DNA of 64,000 nt, from assembly GCA_963765205.1 (NCBI GenBank), contig CAVXVB010000009.1:1024001-1088000 (forward strand). The letters run 5' to 3'. Each line of letters opens with the position of its first letter. Position 1 is the first letter of the stretch. The position numbers were made by a program, and so were the translations under genes. The notes under the pieces were generated by a model. That model made no database searches. It was not told where the DNA came from and worked only from the letters and a program-made list of their open reading frames with translations. Shown here in pieces: positions 17,913 to 28,707 of the stretch. The stretch comes from an uncultured Verrucomicrobiae bacterium. Lineage in GTDB: Bacteria > Verrucomicrobiota > Verrucomicrobiia > Opitutales > JABDGR01.

Positions 17913-20900
17913 TCACGGAGCGGACACATGGGAACCGCTCGTCAAAACTCCTTCAAGGTTACTATCTCCTAACGTATCATCATTCCCGCTGCTATTTGGA
18001 TTTGGGGGGGTATGTAGAATACCAACAACACCGCCTACACCGGTATCAGTACCTATTCCAATGGAAAACGGACTACTTATAACAGGATTGGCAACACCTA
18101 ATTGACCTGGATTAAATCCTCCCGTAAGAGCGTTAAAAAATATTTCCATGTTAAGACTTTCAATTTGGGCAGGATAATAGACTCCATTTTCGACAATCCC
18201 AGGAGGGCTATCTAAAATTATTGGCCCAACATAACTGGCAGGAACATAAGTTGTATAATTTTGTAAATCGAGGGCAAATTGCCTTTCATTCTGAGTGTAA
18301 TAAGTAAAAAATGTGGTGAAAGGTAAGACGAAATGAATATTGGTCGTGTAGCTAAAACCATAGTATGCTGAATAATATGTCCAATAAGTAATCGTGCCAT
18401 CCCAGGTTAACGTGCCGGTAGCTGTTAAGTTCGCCACATCAACCGACTGCAAATCCAGTGTCCAAGTTCCATTATTTGCCGTAGACTGTAACAATGGAAA
18501 CTGGTTATATCCTAATTCGTCGTCAATAACATTATCATTTGCTGTGCTTGTCCAAGTGCCGCTCCATTCGCCGAGCAAATTATTGGCCAATTCCTGCTCG
18601 GTGTAAACATTGATGGAGACGGGTATCTTGACGTAGTTGGAGGCGCCCGGCGTATAGACATTGGCTAACAGAGTGGCATTTTCAAAGACGTAATCATCAT
18701 TGACGAATTGCGACTGGATGCTCACGGAAACCGAGGCCGATTCCCCCGCGTTGAGCGAACCGCCAATTGCACCGGTGCTTCCGTCGAGACTGAGGTAGCC
18801 GTCATTCTGCACGGTGTAATTCATCACGCTGCCGACCGGGCCGACGTTCGCGATGGTAAAGGTTTGCGCCGTATCATCCGGCAGCACGAGGTTGAGGGTG
18901 ATCGGGTAAATTTGCACGATGGGCGCGCCCCGACCGTGATGCACGAAGGTCAAGGTAATGGTGACAGTGGAAACATTGCCGTTTTGATCCGTGGCTTGCA
19001 GCGTAATCGTGTAAACCCCGGTGACATTGGTTATCCCCGTGATTTCGCCCGTCGTGGTGTTCAAACTCAGCCCCGGCGGCAGCGTGGAGCCGGACGCCAA
19101 GGACCAGGTTATGCCGCTGCCCAATCCCGAGGGCGGGGGCGGCGTATAAGAGTAATTGACCCCGATGACTCCGAGGGTCGGCTCGCCGGAACCGGACGCG
19201 GGCACGACCGGCGCCGGCGAAACGACGACGTGCATAAAGGCGGGCGTATTGCCGGTGAGCGGGTAGCTGGCGGTGATCTCGTTGCCGTCGGATTGCAGTG
19301 TCACGTCATCTGTGCTCCAGTTGACCAAATCCGTGCTCGCCTCGACCGTGTAGGCGATGTCGCTCTGGAGGGCGGTGAAGGTCAGCGTCAGTTGGCCATC
19401 CACGACGGTGGGTTGCGGCAAATCGGCCCGCCGTTCACCCAGGGGCTGAGATCAAACGCATATTTCATCAGATTGGGAATGCCGTCGCCCGCCGGGCTGG
19501 CCGTGGGGCCGGAGATGGCCTCATTCCCGAGTTGCTCGGTCGTAAAATAGGTCTGCCCCCAAGTCGTCGAGGGCAGGGTGTTAATGGTCAGTGTGGAAAT
19601 ATTCGAGATAACCGTGCTCACGGAATTGGTCACCAGACACTGGAACTGGCAGCCGGACAAATCGGCGGTGGCGTCGTCCACTTCGAGCGTCGCGGTGGCC
19701 GAGCCGCCGTAGGTGGCGTTGTCGCTCAGGTTGCTCCAGGTGTTGCCGGCATCCGTCGAGATTTGCCACTGGTAGGTGGGCGCGGGCACCCCGCTCGCCG
19801 CAAGCGAGAAATTGCCGCTTTGCCCCACCAAGAGCGTGAGGTTTTGCGGCGGCGCGGTGAAGGCGGGCGCGGTGGGCACGGGCTGCGTAAAATCGGCCAC
19901 CTGGCTCGCGCCGTTGACCACCACCTGCTGCGGCGCCGGGTTGTCATCATCGGGCGTGGACACGCTCACCTGCCAACTGCCGTTGGCGACGCCCAGGGCG
20001 TAAAGGCCGTTGCTGCCCGTGTAGGCGGTGACGGAATAGGTCACGCCGTTGCTGGTGAGGCTGGCCGTGACGGAGGCCGAGGCAACCGGGTCGTCGTGCT
20101 CGTCCAGCACCAGGCCGGAGATTTGCTCGTTCGCCTCCAGCACCGGAATGGTGATGTTGGTGATGTTCACGCCGTCCGTGACCGGGTAGGAAAAAGTCGT
20201 CGTGGGAAAAATCATATTTGGGTCATTGCTGCTCAAATAGAGCGTCCAATTCCCGCCGATGACCCCGAGGTGGAAGGTCCCGTTGGCCGCGCTGGTGGTT
20301 TGGACGTAATCGTAGTTTTCGTCCTCCGCGCCGATGGTCACGCCGGCCACCGGGCTGCCGTTGTCCGTCACCACGCCCAGCAGCGCCGTGGTGGTGGGCA
20401 CCGTGAAATTGGCCGTCTGATTCGCCCCGTTGACCACGATATTTTGCGCCAGGGGGTTGACGCCGCTTTCCGTGGACACGCTGACCTGCCAGGCGCCGTT
20501 GGCCACCCCGAGCGAGTAATTGCCGTCGCTGACCGTGGCGCCATCCACAGTAATGTAGCCCGTGTCGCCGCTGACGGTGTAAGTGTTCCCATTGAGGGTG
20601 GCCGTGGCCGTTATCCCCGCATTGGTGGCCAGCGGCTGGCCGTCGGCGTCAAAGATGGCGCCGGAAATTTGCTCAGTCGCCTCGAGCACTGGAATGGCGA
20701 TGTTGGTAATGTTCGCGCCGTCCGTCACCGTGTAGGAATAGGTCGTGGTGGGAAAAATCACCTGCGAGTTGTTGCTGCCGAAATACAGCGTCCAATCCCC
20801 GCCGATGACCCCCAGGTTGAACGTGCCATTGGCGGCGCTGGTCGCCGCCACATAATCGTCGTTTTCGTCATACCCGCTGATGGTCACGCCCGCCACCGGG

Positions 20901-22069
20901 CTGCCATTGTCCGTCACCGCGCCCTCCAAATAAGTGGTGAATGGCACCGTGAAATTGGCTGTCTGATTCTCCCCGTTAACCACGACATTTTGCGCCAGGG
21001 GGTTCACACCGCTTTGCGTGGTCACGCCGACCTGCCAGGCGCCGTTGGCGACCCCGAGCGAGTAATTGCCCGCGCTGCCCGCGGACCCGCTGACGGAATA
21101 AGTGATGTTGTTGACGGTGGCATTGGCCGTCACGTAGGGCTGCGTGATGATGGGCTGGTTCAACGGGTCCACGATGTTGCCGGAGATTTGCGCGGTGGCT
21201 TCCAGCACCGGGATGGAGATGTTGGTGATGTTCACGCCGTCCGTAACCGCATAGGAAAAAGTCGAAGTGGGGAGAATCACCTCCGAATCATAGTCGTAGA
21301 AATACAGCGTCCAATTTCCGGCGATCACCCCCAGGCTGAACGTGCCATCCGCCCCGCTGGTGATGGAGACATAATCGTTGTTTTCGTCATAGGCGCCAAT
21401 GGTCACGCCCGCCACGGGGGCGCCGTTGTCCGTCACCGTGCCGTTGAGATACGCGGTGACGGGCACCGTGAAATTGGCCGTCTGATTCGCGCCGTTGACC
21501 ACGATACTCTGCGCATTGGGCTGGATGTAACCGGACGGGGACACGCTGACCTCCCAAGTGCCGTTGGCCACCCCCAGCGAGTAGTTCCCCTGGCTGTTGG
21601 TGACGCCGCCGACCGTATAATCGCCGCCGTTGAGATAGATGCTGGCCGTCACCGGGGCTGCGGGGATCGCCTGGCTGTTGGAGCCTACGACCGAGCCGGA
21701 GATTTGTTCGCTGGCCGTCAGCGCCACGGCGGCGATGTTGGTGATATTTTCGCCGTTCGTGACATCGTAATTAAAACTGGGGAAAATCAGGCTCGTGTTG
21801 CTGCAGCTGAAATTAAGCGTCCAATACTCGCTAATGACCCCGAGACTGAACGTGCCATTGGCGCCGCTGACCGTCTGGACCTGGTCGTTATTTTCGTCCT
21901 CGGCGCTGACCGTCACGCCGGCCACCGGGCTGCCGTTGTTGGTCACCGTGCCCTGGAGATACGCGGTCGGCGTCAACGCCTGGGCCAACCCGCGAACGGG
22001 CAACAACGCGGCCAAACCCGTGATGATCCAGAAAAGCAGAGCGCGGCAACGATGCATGGTGGCGAGCAT
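17913..22069 (-). CDS. Large secreted repeat protein: four ~175-aa carboxypeptidase-regulatory-like repeats, Ig-like and He_PIG domains, AT-rich C-terminal domain (frameshift ~19425)
   Basis: ORFs 19388-22069 and 17913-19421 join across one missing base (GDGIPNLMKYAFDLSP...LPQP...YTVEASTDLVNW); signal peptide; LPPGLSLNTTTGEITG Ig motif. Confidence 0.85.
19885..21966 (-). repeat. Four tandem ~510-546 bp intragenic repeats
   Basis: Units start near 21966, 21457, 20938 and 20392 (T..L.G.VT.NG.PVAGVT...GTF.LGVI...YSLGVANG.W.V). Confidence 0.9.
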
Positions 22070-22278
22070 TTAGCCAGAATTGAAGGGGGCGGACAAAAGC
22101 TTTCGCAGTCAACGAAACACAACTCGCCAAAGGAAAGACCCTCCGTCAGACCAATCCTATAGCCAACGATTTTGCCCGCACAAGCTCGAAAAGCCAACCT
22201 TTTTCCCTTGCCACCCTGCCCGAAATTCACTTTGTTCACCCATTCCCTACATCTCTTCGACCCTCAACATTTACTTAT

Positions 22279-22509
22279 ATGTCCCGCATCTGTTCTGTTA
22301 CTGGCAAAGGCCCGACCAAAGGAAGCATCGTCCACCGCCGTGGCGTCTTCAAAAAAGCCGGCGGCATCGGCACCCACGTGACCAAGCGCACGCGCCGCGC
22401 CTTCCGCCCCAATCTCCAGCGCATCCGCGTCAAGCTCCCCAGCGGGCAGATTAAGCGCGTGTGGGTCTCGGTCAAAGTGCTCAAGGCCGGCCTGGTGCAA
22501 AAGGTTTAG
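22279..22509 (+). CDS. rpmB: 50S ribosomal protein L28
   Basis: MSRICSVTGK...RTRRAFRPNLQ...RVWVSVK. Confidence 0.95.
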   Translation: MSRICSVTGKGPTKGSIVHRRGVFKKAGGIGTHVTKRTRRAFRPNLQRIRVKLPSGQIKRVWVSVKVLKAGLVQKV

Positions 22510-22683
22510 CGCCGGCTGGTTAATGTTTATTTAACGCATCCTGCTTAAACGCAGCCGGGATAAGGCTTGCCCCGCATTTCAAACAACCGTTTGATTTCCG
22601 CTTGACACCAAACGCCGCGAACCATAGTTAACACGGCTCGCCCTCCCGCCGAACCCGCGACCTTCTCCGCCGCCGCTATTTTT

Positions 22684-23925
22684 ATGAATGCCTCCGGTAT
22701 CACTTTTCCCTCCCCGCCCCGGTGCGCCTGGGCGCTGCCGCTGGTCGCCTTTCTGGCTCTGCTCGCCGCTTGCAGCAAGCCCAACACCGCCGCCTCCGCC
22801 ATGCCGGCCATGCCCCCCAAGGCCGTCACCGCCGCCACCGCCATCACCCGCGACGTGCCGCAATACCTTGACGCCGACGGCGTGACCACGGCCTCCCAAT
22901 CCATCAACATTGTGTCCCAAGTTGAAGGCCAGATTGTCGAAATGCCCTTCCAGCAAGGTTCGATGGTGAAAAAAGGGGACAAGCTGGCCGTGATCTTCCA
23001 ACCCCCCTTCGAAGCCGCGGTCAAAAAAGCCGAGGGCCAGGTGGCCACGGACAACGCCAACCTCAAACTCGCGAATGATACCTTGGAGCGCAATAAGCTC
23101 CTCCTGCCCCAAAAACTCGTCTCACAGGAACAAATTGACACCTTTTCCGCCCAAGTGGACGCGCTCCAGGGCCAGTTGGAACAGGACCAAGCCCTCTTGC
23201 AAACCGCCCAAATCAACCTGGATTACACCACCATCACCGCCCCGGTGGACGGCATGGTCGGCACCTTCCGCATCAATGTCGGCAACGTCGTCAAAGTCAA
23301 CGACGTGCCCATCACCACCATCCAGACGATGGACCCCATTTATGCGGACTTCGTCATCTCCGAATCGGATTTTCCCGCCTTGCGCCAGCGCTTCAATGAC
23401 AATGGCGGCAAGCTCGCCGTGCATGTGTCCAGCCTGTCCGACGCCAAGGCCCAGCGCGATGGCGAACTGACCATCCTTGGCAACGCCGTGGGCAGCACTA
23501 CGGGCACCGTGCCCCTGCGTGCGACCCTCCCAAATGACAATCTCCTGTTTTGGCCCAACCAGCCCATCCATGTGCGCATCCTGCTCAACACCATTCCAAA
23601 CGCCGTGCTGGTTCCGGAATCAGCGGTGATGCTCAGCCAGCAAGGTGAATTTGTCTTTGTGGTGGCTCCGTCGGACAAGCCGGGTGGGCCGCCCGTCGCC
23701 CAAATGCGTATCGTGCAAACCGGCCAAACCCAGGAAGACGGCACCAAAGTCATCACTTCCGGCCTCAAGTCCGGCGAACAAGTCGTCACCGAAGGCCAGG
23801 TCTTTCTCGCCCCCACCATGCCGCTGAATGTTGTGGATTTGGACGGCAAGCCCACGGCGTCGACCCCCGCCGCTTCCGCCGCTTCTGGTGCCCCTGCCGT
23901 CGCCAGCGACAGCGCCACCAAGTAG
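22684..23925 (+). CDS. RND efflux periplasmic adaptor (MdtA-like lipoprotein)
   Basis: LAAC lipobox; QVEGQI, VKKGD, INLDYTTITAPVDG, STTGTVPLRATLPN. Confidence 0.93.
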   Translation: MNASGITFPSPPRCAWALPLVAFLALLAACSKPNTAASAMPAMPPKAVTAATAITRDVPQYLDADGVTTASQSINIVSQVEGQIVEMPFQQGSMVKKGDKLAVIFQPPFEAAVKKAEGQVATDNANLKLANDTLERNKLLLPQKLVSQEQIDTFSAQVDALQGQLEQDQALLQTAQINLDYTTITAPVDGMVGTFRINVGNVVKVNDVPITTIQTMDPIYADFVISESDFPALRQRFNDNGGKLAVHVSSLSDAKAQRDGELTILGNAVGSTTGTVPLRATLPNDNLLFWPNQPIHVRILLNTIPNAVLVPESAVMLSQQGEFVFVVAPSDKPGGPPVAQMRIVQTGQTQEDGTKVITSGLKSGEQVVTEGQVFLAPTMPLNVVDLDGKPTASTPAASAASGAPAVASDSATK

Positions 23926-23982
23926 TAATCCACTGCCCTCTTTCTTCTGCCGCGCCTTCCCGCCACCCGCGCCCTGTTGACC

Positions 23983-26900
23983 ATGAAAAGCCTGTCCGAA
24001 CCGTTTATCAACCGCCCGGTGATGACCATGCTGGTCTTCCTCGCCGTGGCGGTCGCCGGCGTTTATTCCTACCTGGCGATGCCGGTGAGCGACCTGCCCA
24101 CGGTGGATTATCCGATTATCAAAGTCACCGTCGCCTACCCCGGCGCCAGCCCCGAAGTGATGGCCAACAACGTCGCCTCGCCGCTCGAACAGCAATTCCT
24201 CCAAATTCCCGGCATCGAACTGGTCGCCTCCAACAACGCCCTCGGCAGTTCCACCATCACCCTCCAGTTCCACCTCGACAAATCCATTGACGGCGCGGCC
24301 TCCGACGTGCAGGCGGCCATCCAAGCCGCGGCGGGCAGCCTCCCGCAAGATCTCCCCTCCCCGCCCACCTTTCAAAAGGTCAACCCCAACGACCTGCCGG
24401 TCATCTTCTTCGGCATGATCTCGTATTCGATGACCGCGACCGACCTCTACGATTATGCCTACACCAATGTCGCCCAACGCATCCAAACCGTGGACGGCGT
24501 CGCCAGCGTCAATGTTTACGGCTCGCCCCGCGCCGTCCGCATCGAAGTGGACCCGCGCAAATTGTTCGCCCGCGGCTTGACCTTCAGCGACATCAACACC
24601 GCCGTCCAGGCCGGCACCTCGCTCCAAAGCGCGGGTGAACTCAAAGGGGGCACCATCCAGCTCACTGTCAAGCCCCAGACCCAGCTCAGCAAAGCCGCCG
24701 ACTACGCCAACATCATCATCGCCTACAAGGACGGCGCGCCCGTCTTTCTCCGCGATGTCGCCGATTGCGTGGACTCCGTGCAGATGGAAGACTTGAAAAT
24801 GGCTTACACCGCCCGCGGCCTCCAGCCCGGCTCGGTCGGCTGTGTGCTCGCCGTCGTCAAGGCCAGCGGGGCCAACAACATTGATGTCGCGAACGGCGTG
24901 CTCAAGTTGCTCCCCGTCGTCCGCGCCAGCATGCCCCCGTCCATCCAGCTCATTCCCATTTACAACCGCGCCATTAACATCGAGCACTCCCTCGCGGATG
25001 TGGACGTGACCTTGCTCATCGCCTTCGTGCTCGTCGTCCTGGTCGTGTTCCTCTTCCTCGGGCGCGTGCGCGACACCATCATCCCCGCCGTCGCGCTGCC
25101 CATGTCGCTGTTGTTGACGTTCGTGGTCATGAATCTCTGCGGTTACTCGCTGGACAATCTTTCACTCATGGCCCTGACCCTCTCCGTCGGCTTCCTGATT
25201 GACGACGCCATCGTCTTTTTGGAAAACATGGTCCGCCGCATGGAGGCGGGCGAAAAAGTTTGGGATGCGGTCTTTGCCGGCGCCAAGGAAATCAGCTTCA
25301 CCATCCTGGCGATGACCCTTTCGCTCGGCTCCGTTTTCATCCCCCTGGTCGGCATGGGCGGCATGATGGGCCGCGTCTTCCGCGAATTCGGCGTCACCAT
25401 CATCGTGGCCGTCGTCGCCTCCGGCGTCGTGTCGCTGACGCTGACGCCCATGATGTGCTCGCGCCTGCTTAAGGAATACAACGTTGCCACTCGCAGTTGG
25501 CTCGAGCGCACCGCCCACCATATCGAGGACTTGTTCCTTAAAATTTACAGCCCCACGCTCACCTTCGCCCTCAAGCACTGGTATTTTTCCGTCCTGGCCT
25601 ACTTCGCCTGTTTTTTTGGTGTCATCCTGTTCTACAACATGGTGCCCAAGTCCTTTCTCCCCGTCGGCGATAGCGGCTTCATCTTCGGCGCCTGGCTTGC
25701 GGACACCGACACTTCCCCGCACCAAATGCAACAAATGCAGGATGGCATCGTCCAGGCCATCAGTAAAAACGACCATGTCGCCGGGTTTGTCACCGTCAGC
25801 GGCTTTTCCTCGCGCACTAATTCCAACACCGGCATCACCTTCATCGCCCTCGACGACCCCAAGGTCAAGCCGCGCCCATCCATTCAGGTGGTGAACGATC
25901 AAATCAGCGCCGAAATGAGCAAAATCCCCGGCGTCATCCCCGCCATCCGCCCCCGCGCCAGCCTCCAAATCAGCGCCGGCGTTGTCAGCACCACCCAGGG
26001 TGGTTACGCCTACCTCCTCTATGGGCTGGACAAGAACAAGGTTTATTCCAGCGCCATGGCCATGATGGGCGCCATGCGCCAGCGGCGCGATTTGTTCACC
26101 CGGGTAAGTTCCGACTATTGGCCCGACAACCGCCAGTTGGAAGTGAATGTGAACCGGGACCAGGCCTCCGGTTATGGCGTCGGCGCCACCACCATGGCCC
26201 AAAACATCGGCAACGCCTACTCACAGAATTACTCCTATTTGATTAAAAGTGACTACCTGCAATACTGGGTCGTCGTCGAAGCCGCACCCCAATTCCGGGC
26301 CAAGGCCAGCAACCTCAATGACATCTATTTCAACTCCCTGGTTAACCAAACCCCGCTCTATTCCGACTCCAGCTTCCTCAGTGATGCCCTCGGCAGCAAA
26401 CTCGTGCCCTTCCACACCGTTGCCTCGTCCAAAGTCACCCTCGGCCCCCTCGCCGTCAACCACTTCCAAGGTTTCACTTCCGTCACCATTTTTTTCGACA
26501 TCCCCCCCGGCGTGGCCATCGGCACCGCCACCGACTTCATTGACCAAACCGCCACCAAACTCGTCCCCCCGGGCATCACCGGCGGCTTCCAGGGCGACGC
26601 CCTGGTCTTTCACCAGACGGTGGTGCAAATGGGGTTGATGGCCATCGTCGCCGTCTTTGTGATGTATATCATCCTCGGCGTGCTGTATGAGAGCTACATC
26701 CACCCCGTCACCGTGCTGCTGTCCATCCCTCCGGCCATTGTCGGCGGTCTGGCGACCCTGGCGCTGTTCCATCAGGAGTTGTCCCTCTTCGGCTGGATTG
26801 GCCTTTTCATGCTCGCCGGCATCGTCAAGAAAAACGCCATCATGATGATTGACTTCGCCATCATGCGCCAGGCCGAGGGCCGCACTCCGGTGGACGCTGT

Positions 26901-27207
26901 CCACGAAGCTTGCCTCGAACGCTTCCGCCCCATCATTATGACCACCTGCGCCGCCTTTTTCGGCTCGCTCCCTCTCGCCGTCGGTTATGGTGCGGATTCC
27001 GCGTCGCGCCAGCCTCTCGGTCTCGCCATCTGCGGCGGCCTGCTCGTCTCGCAACTCGTCACCCTTTACGTCACGCCCGTGACCTACCTCGGTTTCGAGT
27101 GGTTGCAAACCCATGTCCTCGATCGCACCCCCTTCTTCGCCCGCCGCCACAAGGATACAACCACCCCGCCGCCCGCGCCTCCGCCTGCCCAACCGCAACA
27201 CGCCTGA
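23983..27207 (+). CDS. RND efflux permease (AcrB/MdtB/C family)
   Basis: FINRPV, YPGASPE, GFLIDDAIVFLEN, GIVKKNAIMMIDFA, RFRPIIMTT. Confidence 0.96.
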   Translation: MKSLSEPFINRPVMTMLVFLAVAVAGVYSYLAMPVSDLPTVDYPIIKVTVAYPGASPEVMANNVASPLEQQFLQIPGIELVASNNALGSSTITLQFHLDKSIDGAASDVQAAIQAAAGSLPQDLPSPPTFQKVNPNDLPVIFFGMISYSMTATDLYDYAYTNVAQRIQTVDGVASVNVYGSPRAVRIEVDPRKLFARGLTFSDINTAVQAGTSLQSAGELKGGTIQLTVKPQTQLSKAADYANIIIAYKDGAPVFLRDVADCVDSVQMEDLKMAYTARGLQPGSVGCVLAVVKASGANNIDVANGVLKLLPVVRASMPPSIQLIPIYNRAINIEHSLADVDVTLLIAFVLVVLVVFLFLGRVRDTIIPAVALPMSLLLTFVVMNLCGYSLDNLSLMALTLSVGFLIDDAIVFLENMVRRMEAGEKVWDAVFAGAKEISFTILAMTLSLGSVFIPLVGMGGMMGRVFREFGVTIIVAVVASGVVSLTLTPMMCSRLLKEYNVATRSWLERTAHHIEDLFLKIYSPTLTFALKHWYFSVLAYFACFFGVILFYNMVPKSFLPVGDSGFIFGAWLADTDTSPHQMQQMQDGIVQAISKNDHVAGFVTVSGFSSRTNSNTGITFIALDDPKVKPRPSIQVVNDQISAEMSKIPGVIPAIRPRASLQISAGVVSTTQGGYAYLLYGLDKNKVYSSAMAMMGAMRQRRDLFTRVSSDYWPDNRQLEVNVNRDQASGYGVGATTMAQNIGNAYSQNYSYLIKSDYLQYWVVVEAAPQFRAKASNLNDIYFNSLVNQTPLYSDSSFLSDALGSKLVPFHTVASSKVTLGPLAVNHFQGFTSVTIFFDIPPGVAIGTATDFIDQTATKLVPPGITGGFQGDALVFHQTVVQMGLMAIVAVFVMYIILGVLYESYIHPVTVLLSIPPAIVGGLATLALFHQELSLFGWIGLFMLAGIVKKNAIMMIDFAIMRQAEGRTPVDAVHEACLERFRPIIMTTCAAFFGSLPLAVGYGADSASRQPLGLAICGGLLVSQLVTLYVTPVTYLGFEWLQTHVLDRTPFFARRHKDTTTPPPAPPPAQPQHA

Positions 27208-27225
27208 TTGCCGCCGCCTCCGCTC

Positions 27226-28663
27226 ATGAACATCTTGCGCCCCGTATTCTTCACCGCCGCCCTCGCCGCCCTCTGTGCCGGCTGTGTGGACGTGGACAAG
27301 GAAGTCGCCGCCAGCCCGCAGGAATACTGGCAGCCCGTCGAGCGTGCCCAGCCTTCGCAACCTCTCGCCCTGCCCGCCCCCCCCCCCAATGTCGTCGGCG
27401 GCAACTTGACCTTGCCCGCCTTGGTGGACATCGCCCTCACCAACAGCCCCCTCACCCGCGCCGCTTGGTATAACGCCAAAGCCGCCGCTGCCCAACTCGG
27501 CGAGACCAACAGCCAATATTACCCCCAAGTTTCCGTCAACGCCACGGTGCAACGCGACAAGGAACGCGTCGTCGGTCTTAACGGCGAGACTTTCGCGGCG
27601 GGCACCACCTACTCGACCTCCTACGGGCCGGCCATCGAAATCAACTACGTCCTCTGGAATTTCGGCAAGAACTACGCCCTCACCGAATCCTCCCGCCAAG
27701 CCCTCTACGCCGCCGACTACAACTACAACCAGCAAATCGAAGACGTTATCCTCTCCGCCGAACTCGCCTACTACAACTTCGACGCCGCCGAAGGCTTTGT
27801 CGCCGCCGCTCAGGCCACCCTCGACGACGCCAACACCACTTACAATGCCGCCAAGACGCGCCTTGACGCCGGCCTTGGCACCACGCAGGACGAACGCCAG
27901 GCCTTCGCCCAGGTCCAAAGCGCCGAATACCAGCTTTACCTTGCCCAAGCGCAGGTCGAAACCACCCGCGCCCAACTCGCCCAAACCCTCGGCATCGCCG
28001 TCACCGCCAACTTCAACATCGAGCGCAGCCAGACCATGGCCGACACCTCGACGCTCGACACCAACATTGACAACCTCATGGCCGCCGCCATGCGCCAACG
28101 ACCCGACCTGATGGCCGCCTACGCCAACCTCCGCCAGTCCCAATTCAACGTCGAAGCCGCCAAAGACGACCAAAAGCCCGTCGTCTCCGCCTTTGCCAAC
28201 GGCAGCTACAGCAACGAATCCGGTGGCGCCACCATCGGCAACCCCTCCAACAGCTATCAAGTCGGCCTTGAATTATCCTGGCAGATTTTCACCGGCTTCG
28301 AGAAAACCTACGCCATCCTTAACGCCGAAAACCAGGCCGAAGCCGCGCGCGCCAACCTCCGCGCCCAGGAACTCAAAGTCGTCACCGACATCTGGAATTA
28401 TTTCTACTCCTACAAAAGCGCCCTCCAGCAAGTCGGCGCCGCCAAAGCGCAAGTGGACGCCCAGCAGGAAGCCTACAACGCCATCAGCAAAGGCTATGAC
28501 GCCGGCCTGAATTCGGTACGTGGACCTCCTCACCGCCCTCAGCAACCTCGCCACCGCCCGCCAGCAGCAAGTCCAGACCGACGCCAACCTCGGCGCCTCC
28601 ATCGCCAACCTCGCCCACGCCACCGGCCGCATCCCCCTGGCCTCTGCCCCGCCGGCGAAGTAG
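27226..28663 (+). CDS. TolC family outer-membrane efflux lipoprotein (frameshift ~28516)
   Basis: CAGC lipobox; RPDL repeat motif; removing one G restores GLNS-YVDLLTALSNLATAR...LAHATG, stop at 28661-28663. Confidence 0.9.
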
Positions 28664-28707
28664 AATTTAGCTTCGCGCTCTTTGCGCCTTCGCGGTGAAA
28701 ATCCGCT

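Noticed and set aside
19885..21966. CRISPR array or DGR template/variable repeats
   Set aside because: The repeats are ~520-bp coding domains without adenine-specific divergence; no reverse transcriptase, cas genes or regularly spaced 25-40 bp repeats were seen in the window.
19532..22162. 876-aa plus-strand ORF, and similar long antisense ORFs at 10255-12396, 26221-28260, 3708-5129 and 53226-54575
   Set aside because: Shadow ORFs opposite well-supported genes in GC-rich DNA; no recognisable motifs.
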